Part shown: piece after piece, positions 17,370 through 25,180 of the stretch
Numbering within the stretch: position 1 is the stretch's first letter
How the letters are laid out: the number at the start of each line of letters is the position of its first letter
Origin: an uncultured virus (IMG/VR IMGVR_UViG_3300035698_035306)
Lineage: Duplodnaviria; Heunggongvirae; Uroviricota; Caudoviricetes
Reading direction: 5' to 3' (one strand)
IMG/VR virus record: IMGVR_UViG_3300035698_035306
Length of the DNA: 35,619 bases
Position numbers and translations under genes: made by a program
Notes under the pieces: model-generated
Told to the model about the DNA's origin: nothing
What the model saw: the letters and a program-made list of their open reading frames with translations, nothing else
The model's database searches: none

Positions 17370-18005
17370 TTATGCTTGTTCGTAGTGTTTCAACCACTTA
17401 TTAACACCTTTTAGGTATTTATGCTTCTGTACCCAGTTATTACCGTATTTCTTAACGTTACCAATACCAGCATTATAAGCTACAAGAACTTCTTCGATTG
17501 TGTCTAATCTTATATGTAATCTAGCTAATAATTTAATACCTGACAGTACATTATATTTAGGTTCAAATAATTGTTCACCGTGATTAAGTCCTACTGCTTT
17601 AGAAGCAATTGGTGTTATCTGCATTAAGCCATAATCTAGACTTGACCCTACTGCATTCTGTTTCCATCTACTTTCATTTGCAATAATTGCCTTTACATAT
17701 TTGTAATCAATATCATAGTCATTACACAAACTGTCTATGTAAATAAGAAGGTCTGTTAATTCAGCCTTGTTCATAGATGGTGCAAAATTCTTGTCGTTGA
17801 TAATTTGGTCGGCTTCAACTTCTTTAGCCATGTAAAAGTGGATTTGTGTACTGTCAATTTGTTTAGGTTCTACAGTTGCACTGAGAATTTCAGATGTTGT
17901 AGTTGCTGCTGAGATACTTTTAAATGATATGACGCTCATTGACGTAATAATCGAAGTAAATAATAGCAATGTAATAAAAAAAGCTTTCAAATTAAATTGT
18001 TTCAT
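17370..18005 (-). CDS. lytic transglycosylase (SLT/GH23) with N-terminal signal or anchor
   Basis: AIIANES, GLMQI, AYNAG motifs. Confidence 0.92.
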   Translation of the reverse strand: MKQFNLKAFFITLLLFTSIITSMSVISFKSISAATTTSEILSATVEPKQIDSTQIHFYMAKEVEADQIINDKNFAPSMNKAELTDLLIYIDSLCNDYDIDYKYVKAIIANESRWKQNAVGSSLDYGLMQITPIASKAVGLNHGEQLFEPKYNVLSGIKLLARLHIRLDTIEEVLVAYNAGIGNVKKYGNNWVQKHKYLKGVNKWLKHYEQA

Positions 18006-18088
18006 AATTTTCTATTTTAATTTATTTTTCGCAACAAAATCAGTCTGTTGCGGTGATTATATATTGGTAGCCAAATAGTTAAATGGCA

Positions 18089-18127
18089 ACCTTGTAAATA
18101 TAACAATAAATTTCGCAACCAAAAAGA
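18089..18127 (-). promoter_or_regulatory. repeated promoter, TTGCG subtype, upstream of the SLT gene
   Basis: TTGCGA and TATATTTA at the same spacing as the other copies; upstream box degenerate. Confidence 0.6.
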
Positions 18128-18223
18128 AACTGGTTATGACTGACTCGAACAGTACTGTAGTCCAGAAGTTGAAATGATTGGTTGTTTATAACCTATTCAA
18201 ATCTCCCCACTATAACCAGTTTC
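18126..18223 (-). ncRNA. candidate tRNA-like structured ncRNA
   Basis: 12-bp closing stem GAAACTGGTTAT/ATAACCAGTTTC, long internal hairpin, T-arm ACTG-TTCGAGT-CAGT, followed by a U-run; intergenic. Confidence 0.55.
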
Positions 18224-18260
18224 GTGTAGCTTTGACTTCAGTATATCGAAGTCGCTACTT

Positions 18261-19004
18261 TTAATTTACAAAATTTACTTTTACATTTGGTGGTGTTCTA
18301 TAATGTCCTCTTGCTTTTATTCCAGGATAGAATGTGTTTACAGGGTCACTTTGCCAGAATTTCATGCTGTCAATGTCCATCAATGTTAATGGGCCATAGT
18401 AACTTGCTCCTGTATCAATAAGAGTTAATTCGCACTTTGTAATAGGAACTTTAACATCATCCCAATTAAGTGTTGGCGTATGCCCTATGAAAATCTTATC
18501 ATATTTAGATATTTTAGCTTCATGACCATGAGCTTTATGCATAGCTTCCTTGTGGATAGCTTCATACATCAAATCTCTATCCCATATTAAATGAGTTAGT
18601 CCATGTTTGTCAAGGTCGATATCTGTATCGAATCCACCGTGAACGAATGCTATATTATCTTCAACATAATAACCAGGGGCTTCATTAAGAAGCTTGTTTA
18701 TTTCAATTGGCATATTATCTTCGAATGCTTCAAGAGTAGCTTTCCCACCTTGACCATACCAGCCAGTAGGTTCTGTACCAGTATTATAGTATGTTCTCGC
18801 CCACTCATCATGGTTACCAAGAATGTAAACAAGATTTTTGAATTTCATAATTTCTTCAAAACATTCTTGAACTTCAGGCCATCCATCACAAACGTCACCA
18901 ATTACAATAAGTTTGTCCTTATCATAATCAGCTTTTGCTTTCTTTAAAACTTGCATGAGGGCTTTATAACCGCCATGTATGTCTGATATTACTAATCTAC
19001 GCAT
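18261..19004 (-). CDS. PPP-family Ser/Thr protein phosphatase-like metallophosphoesterase
   Basis: SDIHG, GDVCDG, GNHD, VHGG, IGHT, IDTGA. Confidence 0.9.
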   Translation of the reverse strand: MRRLVISDIHGGYKALMQVLKKAKADYDKDKLIVIGDVCDGWPEVQECFEEIMKFKNLVYILGNHDEWARTYYNTGTEPTGWYGQGGKATLEAFEDNMPIEINKLLNEAPGYYVEDNIAFVHGGFDTDIDLDKHGLTHLIWDRDLMYEAIHKEAMHKAHGHEAKISKYDKIFIGHTPTLNWDDVKVPITKCELTLIDTGASYYGPLTLMDIDSMKFWQSDPVNTFYPGIKARGHYRTPPNVKVNFVN

Positions 19005-19366
19005 TTTTCTTTACCTTCTTTAATTTCACCTTCCATTGCTGTAAGTATCTTATTCTCCATTTCAGGGTCTCTTGCTTCTGCAACTAATGCAAACAATTCT
19101 TTTTCTAAAGTTTTATCACCATCTGATATTCGTATGATAGCTTCAGTCTCTACAGCATCTCTAGTTTTGATTACATCTTTTAAATCAATATTCTCGAGTG
19201 TCATGTCACCATTATGTAGCAACATCATTATTTCAATTTCATCGGCAGGAGAAATGTCTTCTGTAAATGCCTTAATACGGAAATTTACAAGTTCATTAAA
19301 TCTTTCTTCTGGAGACATCTTAACTATTCTAAGTGTCTGTGCCATTAATTCATTAGGATTAAACAT
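18992..19366 (-). CDS. hypothetical protein
   Basis: 124 aa. Confidence 0.7.
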   Translation of the reverse strand: MFNPNELMAQTLRIVKMSPEERFNELVNFRIKAFTEDISPADEIEIMMLLHNGDMTLENIDLKDVIKTRDAVETEAIIRISDGDKTLEKELFALVAEARDPEMENKILTAMEGEIKEGKEKCVD

Positions 19367-19378
19367 TTTCTTTTAGTT

Positions 19379-19855
19379 TTATTCTGCGTTAGGACAATCT
19401 TCTCTATGTTCACATTCGTAACATTCATTGTCACAGTCATCCCAAGGTTCATCAGTTTCTTCATCTTCCTTAACGGTAGATGTTGCTGCAACTTCTTGTT
19501 CAGAGTTGATTGAATGTAAATGAGGTTCTGTGTCTGAAGGAATAAGATTAACACTTCTTAAGATTTCAATGTAGTTACTGATAACTAAACCTACATCTTG
19601 TAATGTACCTTTAAACTCTGCAGCTACTGTAAAATCAAATTTGAAACCTTTCAATGTAAATGAACGATTTGTCTTTGATGTAAATGTTACATTTTTTTCT
19701 TCAGCCCATTCTCTGAATCCCCATAAAGCTTTCTTTACTGCAGGAAGCTTTGCAATATCTACTACTGGATATTGTATTTTCCAAGCTGTTTTAGCGTCAC
19801 CAGATGTATTTTCTAATGATTTCTTTACGTCTTCTATTGAATCTAATTTCTTCAT
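19379..19855 (-). CDS. hypothetical protein with C-terminal Cys cluster (CDNECYEC.....C)
   Basis: 158 aa directly after a promoter copy. Confidence 0.75.
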   Translation of the reverse strand: MKKLDSIEDVKKSLENTSGDAKTAWKIQYPVVDIAKLPAVKKALWGFREWAEEKNVTFTSKTNRSFTLKGFKFDFTVAAEFKGTLQDVGLVISNYIEILRSVNLIPSDTEPHLHSINSEQEVAATSTVKEDEETDEPWDDCDNECYECEHREDCPNAE

Positions 19856-19873
19856 AGTTTTATTCTATTATTT

Positions 19874-19918
19874 TTAATTACAGGTTAAATATACAAATAC
19901 TTTTCGCAACGATAAAGT
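19874..19918 (-). promoter_or_regulatory. repeated promoter, TTGCG subtype
   Basis: ACTTTAT - TTGCGA - TATATTTA - TGTAATTAA. Confidence 0.7.
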
Positions 19919-19919
19919 T

Positions 19920-20546
19920 TTAGAACAGTTTCTCAGTTTTCACAAGAAGGTCATCTTTAATAAATGTTCTTCTATGTACTGCAGTTAGACCGTGCTTCTT
20001 TATTGCTTCTCTATGTTCTTTTGTAAGATAACCTGAATTGTTTGCCCAACCGTATTCAGGAAATTGTTTGCTTAATTCGGACATATATTTGTCTCGATAT
20101 ACTTTAGCCACTACTGATGCAGCTGCTATTGAAATGATTTTGCCATCACCTTGGGTGATACACTTGAACGGGATATTCAAAAAGGATTTGAATCTATCAC
20201 CGTCTATTAAAAGATACTCGGGAGTCGTACTAAGCTTATCTAAAGCTTGATGCATTGCTCTGAAAGTTGCATTAAGAATATTTATCTCATCGATAACATC
20301 ATGATGAACCACGCCAATACCCACAGCTATAGCTTGCTCTATTATAATTGGATAGAGAGCTTCTCGAGTCTTCTTTGTCATTTTCTTTGAATCATTCAAG
20401 TCGGGATGACTGAATGTTTTTGGGAGTATTACAGCCGCTGCTACTACAGGACCACAACCTGCGCCTCTTCCTACTTCATCGACTCCTGCGATGAGAGTTG
20501 TTACTATATTAAGGTCTTCAGGTTTAAATAAGAGTTTTCTTACCAT
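19920..20546 (-). CDS. rnhB: ribonuclease HII
   Basis: AGVDEVGRG..GPVVAAAV, LNDSKK, LIDG, GD....SIAAASVVAKVYRD, GY.T..H, HRRTF. Confidence 0.95.
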   Translation of the reverse strand: MVRKLLFKPEDLNIVTTLIAGVDEVGRGAGCGPVVAAAVILPKTFSHPDLNDSKKMTKKTREALYPIIIEQAIAVGIGVVHHDVIDEINILNATFRAMHQALDKLSTTPEYLLIDGDRFKSFLNIPFKCITQGDGKIISIAAASVVAKVYRDKYMSELSKQFPEYGWANNSGYLTKEHREAIKKHGLTAVHRRTFIKDDLLVKTEKLF

Positions 20547-20736
20547 TTTTCTTCGAATTAACTTCTGTTGCTAATAATGCCATGTCAATATACTCTTTAA
20601 ATGTTAAAGGCACAGGAACATTTTTCTTATATTCTCTGTACTCTCCTTTAAACGAGCTAAGACACTTATCACATAAGTTATATCGGCTATTCTTAATATG
20701 TTTCTTTCCTAAACAGGCTTCGCAAAATGCGCACAT
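20524..20736 (-). CDS. small zinc-finger protein
   Basis: C..CEAC...LCDKC. Confidence 0.65.
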   Translation of the reverse strand: MCAFCEACLGKKHIKNSRYNLCDKCLSSFKGEYREYKKNVPVPLTFKEYIDMALLATEVNSKKNGKKTLI

Positions 20737-20752
20737 ATTGTTTTCTTTTTTG

Positions 20753-20911
20753 TTAGTTTAAGTATATATCGTAAGAAACGCAGTACTTATTAAAGTCCCA
20801 CGCTACATTGTATAACCTATTCCATTTTTTTTCGTCTTCGGTTCTCTCGAGCTTCTTGATTAAAGCATCAGCTAACTGTTGATAGAACCATATTTTCAAT
20901 TTACTACTCAT
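20753..20911 (-). CDS. small hypothetical protein (below ORF-track cutoff)
   Basis: MSSKLKIWFYQQLADALIKKLERTEDEKKWNRLYNVAWDFNKYCVSYDIYLN*; fills the gap between its neighbours. Confidence 0.6.
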   Translation of the reverse strand: MSSKLKIWFYQQLADALIKKLERTEDEKKWNRLYNVAWDFNKYCVSYDIYLN

Positions 20912-20930
20912 GTTATTAAGTTGTTTACGA

Positions 20931-21230
20931 TTATTCTTTGTCAGTAGAGATTATACTGTATCTTGAAGAATCTATCTTCTTAGCTAGCAAATCTTTATTA
21001 CCAACAATGATTGGAGTATCTGAACAAGGTATGAACCATGGTACCCACATTAGGCCCTGTGTTCCTTCTTGTGCACTCATCTGCCATTCATTATGTTCTG
21101 TATTTAAGTACAGATTCAATTTTTCAATTTTGTTCGAATATTTAGTTTTACAATATTCTATAAATTCTAATACCTTTGGGTCTTCAATAAAGATTAAGTT
21201 ACCCTTTGGTAGTTTTGGTATCTTTTGCAT
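20931..21230 (-). CDS. hypothetical protein
   Basis: 99 aa. Confidence 0.65.
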   Translation of the reverse strand: MQKIPKLPKGNLIFIEDPKVLEFIEYCKTKYSNKIEKLNLYLNTEHNEWQMSAQEGTQGLMWVPWFIPCSDTPIIVGNKDLLAKKIDSSRYSIISTDKE

Positions 21231-21423
21231 TCATTAAATATTTATAAAATTCTTCTTTAACACGTTGACTAATTTGTTCAGATTTTTCCTCATCTGTTAA
21301 CATAAATTCTGGTTCCCTCATAAACTCAGGAGAAGCTTTTATATGTACTTCAAACCTTGCAGGCAAACTATATGACCATTTATCTTCAGTTTCTTTTATT
21401 ATTACTTTTATTGCTTCACCCAT
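21199..21423 (-). CDS. hypothetical protein
   Basis: 74 aa. Confidence 0.65.
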   Translation of the reverse strand: MGEAIKVIIKETEDKWSYSLPARFEVHIKASPEFMREPEFMLTDEEKSEQISQRVKEEFYKYLMNAKDTKTTKG

Positions 21424-21424
21424 A

Positions 21425-21883
21425 TTATCCTGTATATTTTACGAAGGTTACATCACAACCAGCAAGCTCTTCCATCATTATTTTTTTAACGATAGACCAC
21501 TTGCCACCAGCTAAGTTACATCCTATTTTTGGTAAACCAATTCTTTTATCCCCAAATTGTTTTTTAATCTTCATCATGCAACTTCTAATGGCACCATATT
21601 CAGCGAATTGCTGACCTTTACCATATTTGAATTGACTATAACAGTTGATTACATTAGCTGTACCAGAATCAGTCTCTACTGTAGCTACGGATATTGTACC
21701 AAGCTTACCTTCATATGCTCTTAATGTTTCACAATCGATTTCATAAACAATTGGCCATCTTCTTCTTAATTTCTTGGCAATTCCAGCACCCATTGTATGT
21801 AAACAATTGGCACCATGTGCTATAACGTCAAACATTCCTGCATCGGTCATTTCAATTAAATTGCCTTCTACTTCTTTAAACAT
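21425..21883 (-). CDS. macrodomain protein (Poa1p / T4 Tk.4-like ADP-ribose-processing enzyme)
   Basis: GNL, IAHGANC..TMGAGIA, N.YSQ, PKIGCNLAGGKW. Confidence 0.9.
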   Translation of the reverse strand: MFKEVEGNLIEMTDAGMFDVIAHGANCLHTMGAGIAKKLRRRWPIVYEIDCETLRAYEGKLGTISVATVETDSGTANVINCYSQFKYGKGQQFAEYGAIRSCMMKIKKQFGDKRIGLPKIGCNLAGGKWSIVKKIMMEELAGCDVTFVKYTG

Positions 21884-22133
21884 TGCTCTCTCTAAATCTT
21901 TTTACTATTGTAGTATTCTTATCACCTTCAAACAAAGTAATTGCTGGAATAGTTACATCTTCGAACCATTGCTTTAATGGTCTCGTATAAACTGAACCAA
22001 ATTCAACTGATTTGTAAACAACATCGGTCTCATTAGTTTCTGTATTAGTTGCCAGAGTGATAGGAATATACCTACCACCTTTATAATGTCTGTATTTAAT
22101 TCCCAATATTGGGTAGTTCTTACGTCCTTCCAT
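21876..22133 (-). CDS. DUF1653-family protein
   Basis: YRHYKGG.Y...A..TET.E..VVY......RP...W. Confidence 0.85.
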   Translation of the reverse strand: MEGRKNYPILGIKYRHYKGGRYIPITLATNTETNETDVVYKSVEFGSVYTRPLKQWFEDVTIPAITLFEGDKNTTIVKRFRESNV

Positions 22134-22489
22134 TATTCAACACTTAAAACTTCTTTAAAAGCTTTTTCAAATGTGGCTTTAGGTAAAGCACCCATTGACA
22201 TTTGAGGTGTACCTTCAGTTGGAACAAATAAGATTGATGGAATACTTTTCACGCCAAATATACCTGCTAACTCTTGTTGCTCATCTACATTAACTTTATA
22301 TACAACAACTTTGTCATTATATTGTTTTTGTAAATCTTCTAAGATTGGAGCTACCGTTTTACATGGTCCACACCAATCAGCATAAAAATCAATTACTACA
22401 GGCAATTTTCCTTCGAATGTCCATTCTTTATTTTTCTCGAAATTGAATACTTTCTCTTTGAAAGTGTCAACTGTTAATTCTTCTAACAT
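22133..22489 (-). CDS. trxA: thioredoxin (Bacteroidales-type)
   Basis: DFYADWCGPCK, SIP cis-Pro loop, N-terminal FKEKVFNFEKNKEW insert. Confidence 0.95.
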   Translation of the reverse strand: MLEELTVDTFKEKVFNFEKNKEWTFEGKLPVVIDFYADWCGPCKTVAPILEDLQKQYNDKVVVYKVNVDEQQELAGIFGVKSIPSILFVPTEGTPQMSMGALPKATFEKAFKEVLSVE

Positions 22490-22500
22490 ATTTTTCTTCT

Positions 22501-22755
22501 TTAAAATTTATTTTGCTCTATCCAGTTTTCTGCTTCTTCTTTGGTATCATACTTCACAGATACATCTACTGTATGGGACTGTCCCAAGGTATCAACAAGA
22601 ACTTCATGAGCATGCCAATTAGACCATCCACCACCTATTAAAGCTCTCATCATTCTAGTTCTAAATAGATAAGGACTATATTGAGGGGTGTACAAATCAT
22701 CAGAATACTTTATTCTATTGTTTGAATCAACGTATATGTAAGTAGGATTTTCCAT
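22501..22755 (-). CDS. hypothetical protein
   Basis: 84 aa. Confidence 0.65.
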   Translation of the reverse strand: MENPTYIYVDSNNRIKYSDDLYTPQYSPYLFRTRMMRALIGGGWSNWHAHEVLVDTLGQSHTVDVSVKYDTKEEAENWIEQNKF

Positions 22756-22756
22756 T

Positions 22757-22972
22757 CTAGCTTGCAGTTCTGTTAGGGTCTGTGTTTACTATAATTTCAG
22801 AAATTTTACTAGCTGAAATAGAATTGATTTGAAATTCAGCAACAGTGCCATCCATATAAGTATTGAAAGCTGTTTCAGCTTCGGTAATACCTGTTTCTTG
22901 AATTAACATTTGATGTGATGATGGTTTCGCTCCATCTGGAATTAATTTCCATTTTACTAAAAAGTAGTGCAT
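22757..22972 (-). CDS. DUF4494-like small protein
   Basis: MHYF.VK...LI....TEAE.......EF.I.SI..SKI.EI pattern resembles a Bacteroidota family. Confidence 0.6.
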   Translation of the reverse strand: MHYFLVKWKLIPDGAKPSSHQMLIQETGITEAETAFNTYMDGTVAEFQINSISASKISEIIVNTDPNRTAS

Positions 22973-23036
22973 AATTTTATTTATTTATAAATTGTCTTTG
23001 TTATTATATAGGAAATAACAGGACTGTTTCTAAACA

Positions 23037-23066
23037 AAACAAAAGAGGACACGAAGTCCTCTTTTT
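23037..23066 (-). terminator. intrinsic terminator (possibly bidirectional)
   Basis: aaaagaggac-acgaa-gtcctctttt. Confidence 0.8.
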
Positions 23067-23144
23067 GGGGCTGAATGGTTTATGATTCAGCAGTTCCACC
23101 ATCTTATTTTATGTGTGACAAAAATAAGAAAAAAATACAGTCCT

Positions 23145-23423
23145 CTAAATCGAGTAACTTTCGTTGCGGTCTAGCCACTTCTTTCTTCTGTGACAGAATG
23201 TTCTGTCTTGTTTGATAACTCTGATTGTCCATTTTTGTGGAAAATCACTTAACCTCGACCTTTTCTTGGCCAAGTCCAAAGCTTGCAGTTCTTCTCTTTC
23301 GATATTAACATGCTTGCTTTTATTGCTTACAACTACGTAGTTAGTTTCTACGAAGAAGTATGGGGCTTGATAACCCATCTGATGGGTCAATTCTACCTTC
23401 CATAAACTGTGAATTGTTTGCAT
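23145..23423 (-). CDS. hypothetical protein
   Basis: 92 aa, preceded by a 10-codon uORF and a hairpin. Confidence 0.7.
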   Translation of the reverse strand: MQTIHSLWKVELTHQMGYQAPYFFVETNYVVVSNKSKHVNIEREELQALDLAKKRSRLSDFPQKWTIRVIKQDRTFCHRRKKWLDRNESYSI

Positions 23424-23500
23424 AATGCCTTTGATTGAACAAAGGACTTTTACGAGCTATCTAACCTGCTTTCTTTTTTCATAAAGATTAATTTTTTATT

Positions 23501-23848
23501 TTAAAATATACCACCGTATATTGATTTTAAATATACGTTTAAATATACACGGATTATCTTAACAATGCCTTGTTTTTCAAGTTCTGCATAAGGTTGAATA
23601 AATTCAACAAATTTCGGAATTGCTTTATAATCTCCGGCATTATCAGCTGGAGCAAATACTTCATAACCTTTTTCATATGCGTCTTTGTCAGTATAAGTTT
23701 TAAACCAAGCTTTTATTTGATAATTACTTGTTCTATCAACTTGCGTTACTAAAAATTTATCAACTACTATAAAAGCTGCTGAAGATGAATGCATTTTACT
23801 AGATGCATCTAAAACACCTTTACTTTCAATTGAAATTTCTGTTGCCAT
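23501..23848 (-). CDS. hypothetical protein
   Basis: 115 aa. Confidence 0.7.
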   Translation of the reverse strand: MATEISIESKGVLDASSKMHSSSAAFIVVDKFLVTQVDRTSNYQIKAWFKTYTDKDAYEKGYEVFAPADNAGDYKAIPKFVEFIQPYAELEKQGIVKIIRVYLNVYLKSIYGGIF

Positions 23849-23863
23849 TTTACTTTGTTATTT

Positions 23864-24160
23864 TTATTTGATTTTATAATCCATATGTAAATGAATTGTA
23901 TAATCATAGTACTCATGATAAGCAAGTGCATAGATGTATAGTTTAACGTTAGGGTCTTTTTTCAAAGCTTTTCGTATATCTCTATTCAAATTTCTTACTG
24001 CTCTTCTAACAAGTCTTTTCTTGTAATTAAAAATACGAAAGGCCCAAAAACTCTGAGCTATTCCACATTCTGAATTTACTGGAATTACTTTGATATTATC
24101 TATCTCTGTAGCCTTTGCTGCTATCGTGATAGCATAAGGTAATGTACTTTCTAATTTCAC
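23864..24160 (-). CDS. hypothetical protein
   Basis: 98 aa, GTG start. Confidence 0.6.
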   Translation of the reverse strand: MKLESTLPYAITIAAKATEIDNIKVIPVNSECGIAQSFWAFRIFNYKKRLVRRAVRNLNRDIRKALKKDPNVKLYIYALAYHEYYDYTIHLHMDYKIK

Positions 24161-24175
24161 GAGTTGTTTTTATTT

Positions 24176-24328
24176 TTACACCTTTACAGTGCCTGCTGGC
24201 TCATCTAAGATTTTAATAATTTCACGAGCTTTTTCTTTGATTGTTTCGTGATTTGTAGCTTCTTTCTTAGCTTCAGTATTGATTTGCTCTGTGAGTTTAC
24301 CAATACGCCATGATTGATTTAAGTTCAT
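24176..24328 (-). CDS. small hypothetical protein (below ORF-track cutoff)
   Basis: MNLNQSWRIGKLTEQINTEAKKEATNHETIKEKAREIIKILDEPAGTVKV*. Confidence 0.6.
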   Translation of the reverse strand: MNLNQSWRIGKLTEQINTEAKKEATNHETIKEKAREIIKILDEPAGTVKV

Positions 24329-24371
24329 TTTCTAAAAATTAATTATCATTGTGTCGTTTTATTTTAAATAT

Positions 24372-24779
24372 TGGTGGAGGTGCGGAGAGTCGAACTCCGG
24401 TCCATAAATTGCAAAAAATTTGCCTTCTACATGTGTAGTTTATCTTTCCGGATAATGTCTATATGTGAGCTAATAAACAAACTCTTTATTAAGACATGCT
24501 AAACGTTTTGGTTTTCATCAGTATCCCGTAAAGCTAGGTAACCGCTTATCTTGAAGTTGGTTTACATCACTAAAATAAGAGCTTCAAGCACACTCTTAAA
24601 GTGATGGAACGGATTATCTAATCTGATTAGACAGCCATCGCCATAACAGTTTCACCTGCTACTTTGTTTGTTGTTTCGCCGTTTAAGACTTTTGCAACCG
24701 TAGATTAAAGTGATAGATTACATCTCACTACATGCTTACAATTTCGTGTTCAATCCTGTCAAATGCCAAGAACACCCCC
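24372..24779 (-). ncRNA. ssrA: tmRNA (transfer-messenger RNA), 408 nt
   Basis: 5' GGGGGTG pairs with 3' CACCTCC-A-CCA including the G3-U alanine determinant; T-arm CGGAG-TTCGACT-CTCCG; P2 pairings AAATTGTAA/TTGCAATTT and GCATGT/ACATGT; PK1; tag ORF 24680-24627. Confidence 0.95.
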
Positions 24780-24881
24780 ATTAAATCAAAGAACTTTTAA
24801 AAATTGTTAGCAATTAACCGCCGTCTCACACGGTATCTTTCCATTTTATTATTGTGAGTCTCTAACAACTATTTTATTTAT

Positions 24882-25118
24882 CTAATCTTCTAGATATTTT
24901 TCTACAGCTTCACAAGGAACGCAAGTTACTCCTAAACCTGTTGCATCAGTACTCATTGCTTTTCTTGATGCTATGATACCATAACATAAGCCAGTTCGAG
25001 TGTCTTTTACGTAAGTGATGTCATCTGTATCGATATTAATATTATCTGATGTGTTAACTGAGCAAGATGCAAATGCAAACATTGCAACGATTGTTAAAGC
25101 TAAAAATAATTTCTTCAT
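24882..25118 (-). CDS. small lipoprotein
   Basis: MKKLFLALTIVAMFAFAS-C lipobox; DTRTGLCY...CVPC. Confidence 0.8.
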   Translation of the reverse strand: MKKLFLALTIVAMFAFASCSVNTSDNINIDTDDITYVKDTRTGLCYGIIASRKAMSTDATGLGVTCVPCEAVEKYLED

Positions 25119-25139
25119 TTTATAATTGTATTAGTTATT

Positions 25140-25180
25140 GTTCTATACTAAAGTACCAAATTGTTTCGCAATCTTAAAGT
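25140..25180 (-). promoter_or_regulatory. repeated promoter, TTGCG subtype
   Basis: ACTTTAA - TTGCGA - TACTTTAG. Confidence 0.7.

Noticed and set aside
18126..18223. Canonical tRNA gene
   Set aside because: A T-loop is present, but there is no D arm or 7-nt anticodon loop in register and no CCA after the stem. Kept only as a tRNA-like ncRNA candidate.
21425..21883. DarTG toxin-antitoxin system
   Set aside because: No DarT-like ADP-ribosyltransferase is adjacent, and the macrodomain lacks the DarG C-terminal domain.
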